The notes below the pieces were generated by a model, which did no database searches, had not been told where the DNA came from, and was given only the letters and a program-made list of their open reading frames with translations. Below are positions 34,934 through 44,792 of a stretch of DNA of 64,000 bases, piece after piece. The first letter of the stretch is position 1; every line of letters starts with the position of its first letter. This DNA comes from Sandaracinaceae bacterium (GTDB lineage: Bacteria > Myxococcota_A > Polyangia > Polyangiales > Houyiibacteriaceae), in assembly GCA_016706685.1 (NCBI GenBank), contig JADJJE010000051.1:49667-113666 (forward strand). The letters are read 5' to 3'. The position numbers and the translations under genes were made by a program.

Positions 34934-35835
34934 TGAGCACCGACCTGCGAGCCGACTTCCTGCGCGCCGTGCGGCGTGACCTCCCGGGCGCGCTGCAAGA
35001 AGCCGATGGCGGCGCCGTGATCCTGCCGGGCAGCCGCGACCAAGTGGCCCTCGCTCTCCAGCTGGCGCACCAGTACCGCCAGCCGCTGCGCACGCCCGGG
35101 CAGCCGGCGCGCGCGGGGGCCATCGTGGTGGACCTGCTGCGCATGATGGACGTCATCAAGTTCGACGAGCCCAGCCGCATCGCGCACGTGCAGGCCGGCA
35201 TGCGCGTGCACGCGCTCGAAGACGAGCTGCGGCGGCGCGGGCTCTCGCTGGGCGCGCACTCGTCGGCGCGCGACTACGGCGTGGGCGAGTGGCTGGCCAT
35301 CGGTGCCCCGGGCGCGCGCGACAACGCGGACGACCCGGTGGACCAGATCGTGGCGGGCCTCGAGGTGGTGCTGCCCGACGGCCGCGAGGTACAGATTCGC
35401 CCGGCGCCGCGGCGCGCGGTGGGTCCCGACCTGGTGGCGGCCTTCATCGGTGCGCGCGGGCGGTTGGGCGTCATCGTGGGCGCCCACGTGGTGGCGCGGC
35501 TGCGCGTGGAGAGCACCGCGGTGGGCTACCTGTTCCCCACGCGGCAGGGCGCCGAGCAGGCGCTGGCGTGGATCCGCGGCAAGGGCGTGCGGCCCATCCG
35601 GGCCTACGTGCAAGACGTGGCCGAGGGCTCGGCGCTGCGCCTCAAGCTGGCCACCGGTGATGGCGTGGCGGCCGCCTGCCGCGAGGTGGCGCGCGTCACG
35701 GCCCAAGAGCTGGGCGGCGTGCTGATCGACGAGAAGATGGAGCTGCCCAAGGCGCGTGCTCCGCTGGGCGTGCCCCCGTCGGCCATCGTCGCCGAGCTGG
35801 CGGCGCGCCTCGACCCGCGCGGGGTCCTGGGCTGA
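34933..35835 (+). CDS. FAD-binding PCMH-type domain protein (GlcE-like, short)
   Basis: The ATG overlaps the upstream TGA (TGATG). 300 aa. The pattern ...AVILPGSRDQVALALQLA...VVDLLRMMDVIKFDEPSRIAHVQAGMRVHALEDELRRRGLSLG...GEWLA...RDNADDPVDQIVAGLEVVLPDGREV is typical of the FAD_binding_4 fold. Confidence 0.75.
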   Translation: MSTDLRADFLRAVRRDLPGALQEADGGAVILPGSRDQVALALQLAHQYRQPLRTPGQPARAGAIVVDLLRMMDVIKFDEPSRIAHVQAGMRVHALEDELRRRGLSLGAHSSARDYGVGEWLAIGAPGARDNADDPVDQIVAGLEVVLPDGREVQIRPAPRRAVGPDLVAAFIGARGRLGVIVGAHVVARLRVESTAVGYLFPTRQGAEQALAWIRGKGVRPIRAYVQDVAEGSALRLKLATGDGVAAACREVARVTAQELGGVLIDEKMELPKARAPLGVPPSAIVAELAARLDPRGVLG

Positions 35836-35837
35836 CC

Positions 35838-38800
35838 ATGCGGAGGTCCTCTGCGCTGCCCCGGCTGCTGCTCGTGTTGCTGAGCGCGCTGGGCACGGCG
35901 AACCTGCAGGCGTGCGCCGAGACGCCGCCCATCAACCGCGTGGGCACCAACGTGGTGGACAAGGGCGTGTTCGAGGGCAGCTGGTACTTCTCCCGCACCG
36001 TGGTGGGCGTGGACTACGAGGGCGGCGGGCTCGGCACGTTCCCGGGCGACAGCGCCATCGACTACGCGGGCAGCGACCTGGCGGCCATGCCGCGCATCCG
36101 CTGGGTGATCGACGAGAGTCTGCTGGTGGCCTACCGCGACTACGAGCTGCTCGAGGGCGGCAACCCCGTGGGCGGCCCCAGCGCGGAGGCCGACTTCGGG
36201 CAGCCCGTGGCGGCGTATCGGATCGAGAAGCACTTCGACATCCGGCGGGCCTACAACCCGTCCACGGGCGAAGAGCAGAACGTCATCGAAGAGAACGACA
36301 CCGACCGTCCGTGGTCCGAGCGCCAGTACATGCGCGTGGACTGGTCCAAGAACCTGCTCACGGGGTACTACGCGCAGAGCGCCAGCCTGGCCGAGCTGCT
36401 GGGCCTCTTCGAGCGGCAGTCGGCCGACCTCTTCGTGCAGGCGGGGAGCCGCTTCCCGGACGCGTTCCTGCCGCGTTTCTCGGTCATGGCGTGTGACGGC
36501 CGCGACGACGACGACCCGGCCTGCACCGCCGAGCACCGCCCGCACGCGGACGACTACCCGCGCGACCAGCTCTACCACTTCTCGTTCGTCACGCAGGACT
36601 TGATGTCGCCGGGGGACGTGGAGGACCTGTTCACCGATGCGACGGTCAACTGGTGTACCTCGGCCTACGTGGACGCGCCCACATGCACCACCACCGCGGT
36701 CTACGTGCGCAACGCCTTCCTGCGCGTGAGCGACACGCGCCAGTACGAGCCGCAGCAGTGGTCGGACCGGCGCTTCGAGCGGGCCGGCTTCTTTCGGCTC
36801 GAGCGCCCCACGCTGGACCGCAGCACCGCGCCCGACGACCCCGCGCTGGGTGAGTCGGACTTCCGCAACCACAACATCAACCGCCTGAACCTGTGGCGTC
36901 GGACACGCGACGCCGACGGCCGGCTGCTGCCCTATGCGCAGCGCGAGGTCCGCCCGGTGGTCTATCACACCAGCCCCGAGCTGCCGGCGCACCTGGTGGA
37001 GCCCAGCTTCGAGCTGGTGGGCCGCTGGAACGAGAGCTTCATGGGCATGGTGCGGCACCTGCGCGAGGAGCCCGAGGCGCTGTACCCCGAGGTGTCTTGC
37101 CAGCGGCTGGACCCCGACGTGTACTGCTACTGCGTGACCGACCCGGAGGACGCCACGCTGCTCAACCCCACCTGCCCGGGGCGCTACGACCCGTTCGAGA
37201 CGCCGGCCCAGGCACGCGCGCGCGGCGCGGTGAACCCCTACGACTGCCACGTGGAGCTCCCGCCGCGGGTGCAGCCCAACCTGGACGACCCGTCGCTCGG
37301 CAACGCCGACTTCTTCGGCTGGTTCGGCGCGCGCCAGGTGGGCAGCGAGTGCGTGCTGCAGCTCGAGGTCAACACCTGCAACGAGCGCAGCATCGCGGAG
37401 AACGGCGGCACCACCGAGGGCCTCGCCTGCCAGGAGCGCGGCGACATGCGCTACCGCTTCCTGAGCTACGTGGACCAGCCCGGCACGCCCTTCCTGGGCA
37501 TCGCCACGCTGCGCGGCGACCCGGTCACGGGCGAGCTCTTGGTGGGCGACGCCAACGTGGGCGGCCCGGCGCTGGACCTCTACCGCACCACGGCGCTCCA
37601 GACGGTGGACCTGGTCACGGGCAACATCACCGACGCGCGCTTCACACAGGGCGAGGACGTGCGCCAGTACCTCGAGAACCTGGGCAACGTGGAGCTTCCG
37701 GCGCGCCCGCGCGTCGACTTCAGCGTGGCGGCGGCCGCGGGGACTGCGGCGCCGGCCGACCTCGCCGCAGTGGACAACGTGATGGCACGCTTCGCCGACC
37801 GCGCCGCGCAGCTGGCCGGGCCCGGAGGGCGCAGCCAGACGTTCGTGGACCGCCGGGCGGACCTCGTGGGCGGCGAGTCCGAGGCCCTGCTCACGCGCAA
37901 CCTCGAGGTGCTCATGATGAGCGGCGCGGACGTGCTGCCGCCGGGCGTCACCCCCGAAGACCTGAGCGAGGCGCAGCTGGACCGCGTGTCGCCGCTGCGC
38001 TCGACCGCGCACGAGCAGCTCCGGCGGCACCGCGAACTCGAGAACGCGGCGTCGAGCCACAACGTGATGCTGCCCAACAGCTACGTGGACACGTCGGTCA
38101 CGGAGTTTGCGTTGCGCCACCGCAACTGGCCGCGCGCGCGCCTCGAGATCGCGGTGAACCGGCTGCTTTACTACCAGACCATGTTGCACGAGCTGGGGCA
38201 CTGCCTGGGGCTGCGGCACGACTTCGGGGCCAGCGCCGACACGGGCAACTACGACGACGCCTACTACCAGATCGCGGCGCGCACCCCGCTGCCCTCGCCC
38301 GAGGCGTTCGACCTCGACGGCACGCTGGGCCTCGCGCCGAACGAGCAGCTGGCGTTCGAGAACGCGCTCGACCTGGTGATGTCGCGGCGCGAGCTGGCCG
38401 GCATCGACCGCTTCATGGACTCGTCGGTCATGGAGTACACGGCGCAGTGGTACGAGCGCACCGACACCACCATCGGTCGCTACGACCACGCGGCGCTGCA
38501 CCTGGGCTACGGCGACCTGGTGGAGATCTACGCCAACGACGCCGGGCGCCCGGTGACCAGCCTGACCCCCGTGAACACCGCGCGGGTGTGGGCGCAGTGG
38601 TACGAGGGCGGCGAGCCCTGCGAGAGCGACGCGGACTGCCCCTACTCCACCACGGGGGAGTCGGCGGCGCTGCTGCGCGACGTGAACCGCGCGAGCGGCG
38701 CCACCCAGCGCTGCGTGGCGCACCCCAACGGCGAGGCCGCCTTCGGGCGCATCTGCAGCGCGTTCGAGGACGACCTGCTGGACGCCACCCTCGCGGCGGG

Positions 38801-40166
38801 GCCCACGGCGCCCTTCGCCCCCGTGGACTACCGCTTCTGCTCCGACGAGCGCGTGGGCACGCTGGGCTGGTGTCACCGCTTCGACGAAGGCGACAGCTAC
38901 CGCGCCGTGGTGCGCAACGTGGCCGAGCAGTACGAGCGCGAGTACCTCTTCACCAACTTCCGCCGCTACCGCGCCGACTTCCGCGTGGGCAGCTACGTCT
39001 TCGATCGCCTGGTGGGCCGGCACTTCACCATCCTCCAGGACGTCTTCCAGAACCTGCTGTACCGCTACACCAGCGAGCCCGAGTTCCGCAGCGAGCAGGG
39101 CGCCTTCGGCTTCTACGACCAGTTCATGGCCACGGCCGACTCGCTCAACTTCTATGCGCGCGTGCTGTCCCAGCCCGACATCGGCAGCTACGAGTTCGAG
39201 GACACCACGTTGAGCTACCGGCGCGTGAGCGCGAACCCCAACGTTGCGGGCGCCGACCTGCGGGTGGACCTGGGCCTCGGCCGCCACCTGAGCTCCAGCT
39301 ACCAGCGGGGCCTCACGGGCATCACGCGGCTCGAGCGCATCGGGAGCTTCTACGACAAGTGGTACGCGATGCAGATGCTCACGCAGCGCGGCTGGACCGC
39401 GGGCTACGGCACCGACGTGCCCTTCTGGACCAACTGGTACGACTTGTTCCCGCTGGAGATGCAGCAGATCCTGCAAGGGCTCATCCAGGACCAGCCGGGC
39501 ACGCTGGCCCCGCGCCTGGCCTGCACCAGCCAGAACGGGCGCCAGTGCAACGGCCCACGCATGCTGTACATGGACCTCTACCGCGGGGACTGCAGCAGCG
39601 CCGCCACCTGCCGGCCCGACCCGGTGAGCGAGACCTACGACGGCTTCGCCTACGTGAACGGCGGCAGCTCGATCACGCTGCAATTCCTGGCGGCGGTCTT
39701 CGCGCTCACCGACCTGCCGGTGTTCTTCGACACCAGCTTCCTCAGCCAGATGTTCCTGTGCGTGGAGGGCCAGGGCGACTGCACCACGCCGAGCCCCGCG
39801 GCCGTCGAGGGCACCGACTACGCGCGCTACACCTCGCTACGGCTCAACAAGTCGTTCCTCGCGTTCCAGGTGTCGCCCGGCAGCACGGTCATCAACCAGA
39901 CCAGCATCGCGTTCTCCATGGTGTCCGAGGCGCGCGACGCCAGCATCGTGCTCGAGCTGCTGAACAAGCTCGCGGACGGGGACACACTCACCATCGCCGA
40001 GCTGCAGCTGCTGGCCGACCTCGAGTACCTGCCGCCCACCACGGTGGCGGCGCTCAACACCGAGATCGCGCGCTTCGAGGGGCGCCTGGCCGACCTCGAG
40101 TCCTTCTTCTTCCAGCTGATCCAGCTCGAGCGCGAGCTGGGCGTCAGCAGCTACCCGGGGTTCTGA
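35838..40166 (+). CDS. giant metzincin-type zinc metalloprotease lipoprotein (DUF4953-like catalytic motif)
   Basis: 1442 aa with lipobox (LGTANLQA-C). HELGHCLGLRH at nt 38187-38219 is HExxHxxGxxH, followed by DFGAS as in 'Met-zincin' DUF4953 proteins. Collinear paralog of the next gene. Confidence 0.85.
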   Translation: MRRSSALPRLLLVLLSALGTANLQACAETPPINRVGTNVVDKGVFEGSWYFSRTVVGVDYEGGGLGTFPGDSAIDYAGSDLAAMPRIRWVIDESLLVAYRDYELLEGGNPVGGPSAEADFGQPVAAYRIEKHFDIRRAYNPSTGEEQNVIEENDTDRPWSERQYMRVDWSKNLLTGYYAQSASLAELLGLFERQSADLFVQAGSRFPDAFLPRFSVMACDGRDDDDPACTAEHRPHADDYPRDQLYHFSFVTQDLMSPGDVEDLFTDATVNWCTSAYVDAPTCTTTAVYVRNAFLRVSDTRQYEPQQWSDRRFERAGFFRLERPTLDRSTAPDDPALGESDFRNHNINRLNLWRRTRDADGRLLPYAQREVRPVVYHTSPELPAHLVEPSFELVGRWNESFMGMVRHLREEPEALYPEVSCQRLDPDVYCYCVTDPEDATLLNPTCPGRYDPFETPAQARARGAVNPYDCHVELPPRVQPNLDDPSLGNADFFGWFGARQVGSECVLQLEVNTCNERSIAENGGTTEGLACQERGDMRYRFLSYVDQPGTPFLGIATLRGDPVTGELLVGDANVGGPALDLYRTTALQTVDLVTGNITDARFTQGEDVRQYLENLGNVELPARPRVDFSVAAAAGTAAPADLAAVDNVMARFADRAAQLAGPGGRSQTFVDRRADLVGGESEALLTRNLEVLMMSGADVLPPGVTPEDLSEAQLDRVSPLRSTAHEQLRRHRELENAASSHNVMLPNSYVDTSVTEFALRHRNWPRARLEIAVNRLLYYQTMLHELGHCLGLRHDFGASADTGNYDDAYYQIAARTPLPSPEAFDLDGTLGLAPNEQLAFENALDLVMSRRELAGIDRFMDSSVMEYTAQWYERTDTTIGRYDHAALHLGYGDLVEIYANDAGRPVTSLTPVNTARVWAQWYEGGEPCESDADCPYSTTGESAALLRDVNRASGATQRCVAHPNGEAAFGRICSAFEDDLLDATLAAGPTAPFAPVDYRFCSDERVGTLGWCHRFDEGDSYRAVVRNVAEQYEREYLFTNFRRYRADFRVGSYVFDRLVGRHFTILQDVFQNLLYRYTSEPEFRSEQGAFGFYDQFMATADSLNFYARVLSQPDIGSYEFEDTTLSYRRVSANPNVAGADLRVDLGLGRHLSSSYQRGLTGITRLERIGSFYDKWYAMQMLTQRGWTAGYGTDVPFWTNWYDLFPLEMQQILQGLIQDQPGTLAPRLACTSQNGRQCNGPRMLYMDLYRGDCSSAATCRPDPVSETYDGFAYVNGGSSITLQFLAAVFALTDLPVFFDTSFLSQMFLCVEGQGDCTTPSPAAVEGTDYARYTSLRLNKSFLAFQVSPGSTVINQTSIAFSMVSEARDASIVLELLNKLADGDTLTIAELQLLADLEYLPPTTVAALNTEIARFEGRLADLESFFFQLIQLERELGVSSYPGF

Positions 40167-43100
40167 GTGGACCGTCGCCGCTTCGCACACACCGCGCTCG
40201 TGTTGGCCGCTCTGCTGAGTGCGCTGGCCCTCGTGGGCTGCGGCCGCCCTGACACGGTGAACCGCGTGCAGCCCAACTTCGTGGACAAGGGCCTGTTCGA
40301 GGGCGAGTGGTGGATGACCCAGACCGCCATCGACGTGGGCGCCGACGTGGGTGGCGTGACGTGGTCGGGGGACTCGGGCTTCGCGGACCTGGGGCTCGAC
40401 GCGGGTGAGTCTCCGTCGCTCGCGCGCATCCGCTGGGTCATCGACGAGGACACGCTCTTCGCGTTCCGCGCCTACGAGCTGGTGCGCGGCAGCAACACGG
40501 GCGGCGACGCCGACGACTACCGCGGGCAGCCCATCGCGGCCTACCGCATCGAGTCGCACTTCGACATCCGGCGCGAGTACAACTCCGTCACGGGGGAGCC
40601 GCTCAACGTGATCGTGGAGAACACGGACGACCAGCGCTGGTTCGACCAGCCGTACATGCGCGTGGACTGGTCGCGGAACCTGATCCGCTCGTTCTACTTC
40701 GCGAGCGAGCAGCCCGCCTTCGGCACGCACACGCTCGAGAGCGCCGGCATCGACGTGCAGGACGGCAGCGAGGGCTTCCCGCGCAGCTATGCACCGCAGT
40801 TCGTGACGGTGGGCAGCGACCCGGGCTACCGCTTCGCGCACGAGTGGCCCGCCGGGAGCGAGGACGTCACGCACTACTTCAGCTTCGTGACGGTCATGAA
40901 CCTGACGCCCGGGAGCGCCTGCCTCGACAGCAACAACGTGCCCTGCAGCGTGCTGCGCGTGCCCTACCGCACCGCGTTCCTGCGCGTGCCGCCGCAACAC
41001 GAGTACGCCGTGGCGGCGCAGGCCCACCCCGAGTTCGACCGCTTCGGGACCTTCCGCTCCATGCAGCGCACGTATGCGCGCGGCAGCCTCCCGCGCGAGA
41101 CGCTGGGTGACTTCTGCGCCAGCAACGCGGACTGCGGCGCCGGGGGCTTCTGCGACACGGAGGCGCAGGTGTGCACCGGCGGCATCACCCCGGCCTACGG
41201 CGAGACCGACTTCCTCACGTTCTACCGCCCACGCCACAACTTCTACCGCGACCCGCTGGGCGACCAGGAGTGCGTGGCCGACTGGCAGTGCGACGGCCGC
41301 TACCCGAGCGCCCCCGGCGTGCCCGGCAGCGTGTGTGACCGCGCCGCGCGGCGCTGCTCGCGGCCCGTGGTGGAGCGCGAGACCCAGCAGGTGACCTACC
41401 ACCTGAACGCGGGCTTCCCGAAGCACCTGGTGGGCGCGGCCTTCGAGGTGGTGGGCAACTGGAACGAAGCGCTGATGCGCGGGCAGCGCACTGCCGTGAG
41501 CGCGGCCTTGCCCGACTACGCCGCCGTGGACGAGGCCTGTCAGGAGAGCGACCCCACGCGCTACTGCTTCTGCGGGTCGGCCGAGGAGCGCGACGGAACG
41601 TGCCCGGGGCGCTACGACCCGTTCGTGAGCCCCGACGCCTACGCGGCGCGCGGCGTGAGCGACCCGTACCGCTGCCACGTGGAGAACGCGGAGTGGACCG
41701 AGCCGAGCGCGCCCACGAGCTACGACGCGTACCCGCTGCCCGAGGCCTACCGCTTCCGCTTCGTGGGCGACGAGTGCCTCTTGGTGCTGGCCACCAACGG
41801 CTGCGACTGGGAGCGCACCGACGCGCGCGTGGCTTGTGAAGACGTGCTGGACGCGGAGGGCGAGCCCGTGCCGTGGCAGCCCCTCGGCGACCTGCGCTAC
41901 CAGTTCTTCAACTACGTGGACCAGGTGAACACGCCATTTGGCGGCGTGGCGGCGCCGCTCGCAGACCCCACCACGGGCGAGCTGATCAGCGCCAACGCGA
42001 GCTTCTCGGCCGCGGGGGTGGAGGCGGCCGCCACCACCGCCATCGAGCTGTTCCCGGCGCTGCGCTGCGCCGCGCCCGCGGGCTGCGAGCCGGGCGAAGA
42101 GGGCGCCGAGGAGCGCTACCTCACCGGCGAGAACCTGCGCGGCTACTTCGCGCGCCTGGGCCGCATCCGTCATCCCGTGAGCGTGGCCTCGTCGGCGGGC
42201 GACGGCTTCACGGTGGACGACCCGTCACGCCCCGCGCTGCCGTGGGCGGGCCTCCCGGTGGACGCGCTGGCCGCCGTGCAGGGCGCCGTCGCGCGCGTGG
42301 AGCAGCGCGTGGACCGCCTGCGCGGCACCGATGGACGCACGCAGGTGCGCAGCGACCGCCTGCGCTCGCTGGCCGGCACGCGCTTCGAGAGCGGCATCCT
42401 CGGGGCTCTCGGCAGCAGCGGCGTGGACGCGCTCCAGCGCGCCTTCGACCTGGGCACGCTGTCGCCCACGGGCACCACGGGCCCCACCGACGCCACGCCA
42501 GCCGACGTGCTGGACCCCGCCGTGCTGAACGCGCTGAGCCCGTTCCGGGGCCACGGGCCCGATGTCTTCGCGCCCGAAGAGGCCTATCTGCGGCAGCTGG
42601 AGCGGCACCACATGTGCCCCGTGAACGCCGCGCTCTTGCGCTCGCGCTACTGGGAGTACTGGGCCGAGGCCTTCCGGGGGCGCAGCACCGCCGAGGCGTC
42701 CATCCGCATGCAGCAGCTCTACGCGCGCATGGTGCAGCACCACGAGCTGGGCCACAGCCTGGGCCTGCGGCACAACTTCGCGGCCAGCCTCGACCGCGAC
42801 CACTACGGCGACGGCTGGTTCCGGGTGGCCTTCGGCGACGACGCCACCAGCGGCGACGAGCTCTTGCTGCCGCGCTACGCGGACTTCGACGCCACCGGCA
42901 ACGGCGGCGACGGAGACGGCTTCGTAGGCCCGGGCGAAGTGGAGCGCTACCTCGCCGAGCTGCGCCGCGTGCGCAACGAGCGAGCGGCACGCGGGGCCCA
43001 CAACCACAGCAGCAGCTCCACCATGGACTACAGCGGCGACACGGGTGACGCGCAGGGCCTCGGGCGCTACGACGTGGCGGCCGTGGTGTGGAACTACTTC

Positions 43101-44792
43101 GACATGGTGGAGGGCTTCGTGGGCGACGCCGAGGTGTCGGCGAACGACTCGTCCGACCGCTTGCGGCGCAGCGACGTGACCCCGCGCGTGTGGTTCCGCA
43201 GCTACGCCGGCGGCGACGCCTGCCGCGTGGACGGAGACTGCCCCGCGTCGGCCGAGAGCAGCGCGCTGGGCGACCAGCCCATCACGCAGCGCTGCGTGCG
43301 CAACACCCGCGAGGTGCCGCTGCAGCTGCCGTGCGCCGGCGCCACGGCCTGCGTGTGCTCGAGCTTCGACGCCGACTTCCAGGACTACGTGGACGGTGCA
43401 GCGTACGACTCGGACGAAGACGGAGACGGCGAGCCCGACTTCACGCCGGTGCGCTACCTGTTCTGCGCCGACGAGCGCACCGACGACATCAGCTGGTGCA
43501 CGCGCTACGACGCGGGCGAGTCGTTCCAGGAGAGCATCGACCACGCGCGGCGCAGCTGGCTCGAGAGCTACGGGCCCACCTACTACCGTCGCTTCCGGCG
43601 CGGGGGAGCGCGCTCCGGAGGCGCCACCGGCGCCATCATCGACGCCGCCAAGATCTACCAGCACCTCTTCTTCCGCCTCAACTTCGAGCCGGGCTTCCGC
43701 AGCAACAGCGGACCGCTGGGCCTCGAGGACCAGTTCTACGCGTCGGTGGACGCCATGAACTGGTTCACCGAGCTGGTGAACTTGCCGGACGTGGGCAGCT
43801 ACGCGCTCGACCCGGACACACAGACCTACGCGCGCATCGCGAGCGAGCCGGACGCGCCGGGCGCCGACTTCAGCCTGCTGCCCGGCCAGGGCTTCGGCGT
43901 CTACACCGAGTTCCAAGAAGGCTACTTCGGCTTCTTCCGGCCGGAGCGCGCCGGGGTGCTGGTGGACAAGTTCGTGGCGCTCGAGGCGCTGGCGCAGCGC
44001 GACTGGGGCCTGAGCTTCGACCCCGACGAGCGCTACTTCATCAACTTCTTCGACCTGTTCCCGGTGGAGATGACCGAGCTCTTCGGCGGCCTGGTCATCG
44101 ACGACCCGCGCTGGTTCGCGCCGCGCGTGAGCTTCGACGCCGGCGAGCCCGTGATCGAGAACCTGAGCTGGTACCGCGGGACGGTGCTGGGGGACTGCAG
44201 CCCGTCCACGGGCACCGCGTTGCTGTGCCGAGCCAGCCAAGAGGTCACCTACCCCACGCCGCCGCTCGAGGGCACCAGCAACCTCTTGCTGCGCAGCTGG
44301 GCGGCCATCCTCGCGCTCTCGCAGTTCCCGGTGTTCTTCGACACCACCTTCGAGCAGCGCCTGCAGATCTTCCGCGTGGGCAGCGGCGTGGGCTTCACCA
44401 TCCCGAACGTGCAGCAGGACAGCAGCACCACCTGCGCGCTGGGTGCCGCCGTGCCGGGCTCCGCCCACGTGGTGGTGGACGCCGTGCCCATGGACGGCTG
44501 CGACACGCCCGAGGACGCCGACTACGTCATCTTCGACTCGCGCCGGCTGCGTGTGCGCTACGTGGCGGTCAAGGTCCGTCCGCTCACGTCCTACAACCTC
44601 GAGGAGGAGCAGCTGGGCTTCCAGTTGCTGCTGCGCGCCATCGAAGCCCAGGAGCGGGTCATCGCGCTCGAGGCCATGGGTCCCAGCACGGAGCTCACGC
44701 GGGCGCGCCAGGCGCTCGAGGCCGAGGAGAGCTTCCTCCAGTATCTGATCGACCTGCAGGGGCGCTATGGCATCAGCAACACCTTCTTCTGA
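40167..44792 (+). CDS. giant metzincin-type zinc metalloprotease lipoprotein, paralog
   Basis: GTG immediately follows the upstream TGA. 1541 aa with lipobox (LALVG-C). HELGHSLGLRH at nt 42741-42773. The N-terminus is collinear with the previous protein (NRV..N.VDKG.FEG.W......RIRWVIDE..L.A.R.YEL..G....QP.AAYRIE.HFDIRR.YN..TGE..NVI.EN..D). Confidence 0.85.
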   Translation: MDRRRFAHTALVLAALLSALALVGCGRPDTVNRVQPNFVDKGLFEGEWWMTQTAIDVGADVGGVTWSGDSGFADLGLDAGESPSLARIRWVIDEDTLFAFRAYELVRGSNTGGDADDYRGQPIAAYRIESHFDIRREYNSVTGEPLNVIVENTDDQRWFDQPYMRVDWSRNLIRSFYFASEQPAFGTHTLESAGIDVQDGSEGFPRSYAPQFVTVGSDPGYRFAHEWPAGSEDVTHYFSFVTVMNLTPGSACLDSNNVPCSVLRVPYRTAFLRVPPQHEYAVAAQAHPEFDRFGTFRSMQRTYARGSLPRETLGDFCASNADCGAGGFCDTEAQVCTGGITPAYGETDFLTFYRPRHNFYRDPLGDQECVADWQCDGRYPSAPGVPGSVCDRAARRCSRPVVERETQQVTYHLNAGFPKHLVGAAFEVVGNWNEALMRGQRTAVSAALPDYAAVDEACQESDPTRYCFCGSAEERDGTCPGRYDPFVSPDAYAARGVSDPYRCHVENAEWTEPSAPTSYDAYPLPEAYRFRFVGDECLLVLATNGCDWERTDARVACEDVLDAEGEPVPWQPLGDLRYQFFNYVDQVNTPFGGVAAPLADPTTGELISANASFSAAGVEAAATTAIELFPALRCAAPAGCEPGEEGAEERYLTGENLRGYFARLGRIRHPVSVASSAGDGFTVDDPSRPALPWAGLPVDALAAVQGAVARVEQRVDRLRGTDGRTQVRSDRLRSLAGTRFESGILGALGSSGVDALQRAFDLGTLSPTGTTGPTDATPADVLDPAVLNALSPFRGHGPDVFAPEEAYLRQLERHHMCPVNAALLRSRYWEYWAEAFRGRSTAEASIRMQQLYARMVQHHELGHSLGLRHNFAASLDRDHYGDGWFRVAFGDDATSGDELLLPRYADFDATGNGGDGDGFVGPGEVERYLAELRRVRNERAARGAHNHSSSSTMDYSGDTGDAQGLGRYDVAAVVWNYFDMVEGFVGDAEVSANDSSDRLRRSDVTPRVWFRSYAGGDACRVDGDCPASAESSALGDQPITQRCVRNTREVPLQLPCAGATACVCSSFDADFQDYVDGAAYDSDEDGDGEPDFTPVRYLFCADERTDDISWCTRYDAGESFQESIDHARRSWLESYGPTYYRRFRRGGARSGGATGAIIDAAKIYQHLFFRLNFEPGFRSNSGPLGLEDQFYASVDAMNWFTELVNLPDVGSYALDPDTQTYARIASEPDAPGADFSLLPGQGFGVYTEFQEGYFGFFRPERAGVLVDKFVALEALAQRDWGLSFDPDERYFINFFDLFPVEMTELFGGLVIDDPRWFAPRVSFDAGEPVIENLSWYRGTVLGDCSPSTGTALLCRASQEVTYPTPPLEGTSNLLLRSWAAILALSQFPVFFDTTFEQRLQIFRVGSGVGFTIPNVQQDSSTTCALGAAVPGSAHVVVDAVPMDGCDTPEDADYVIFDSRRLRVRYVAVKVRPLTSYNLEEEQLGFQLLLRAIEAQERVIALEAMGPSTELTRARQALEAEESFLQYLIDLQGRYGISNTFF

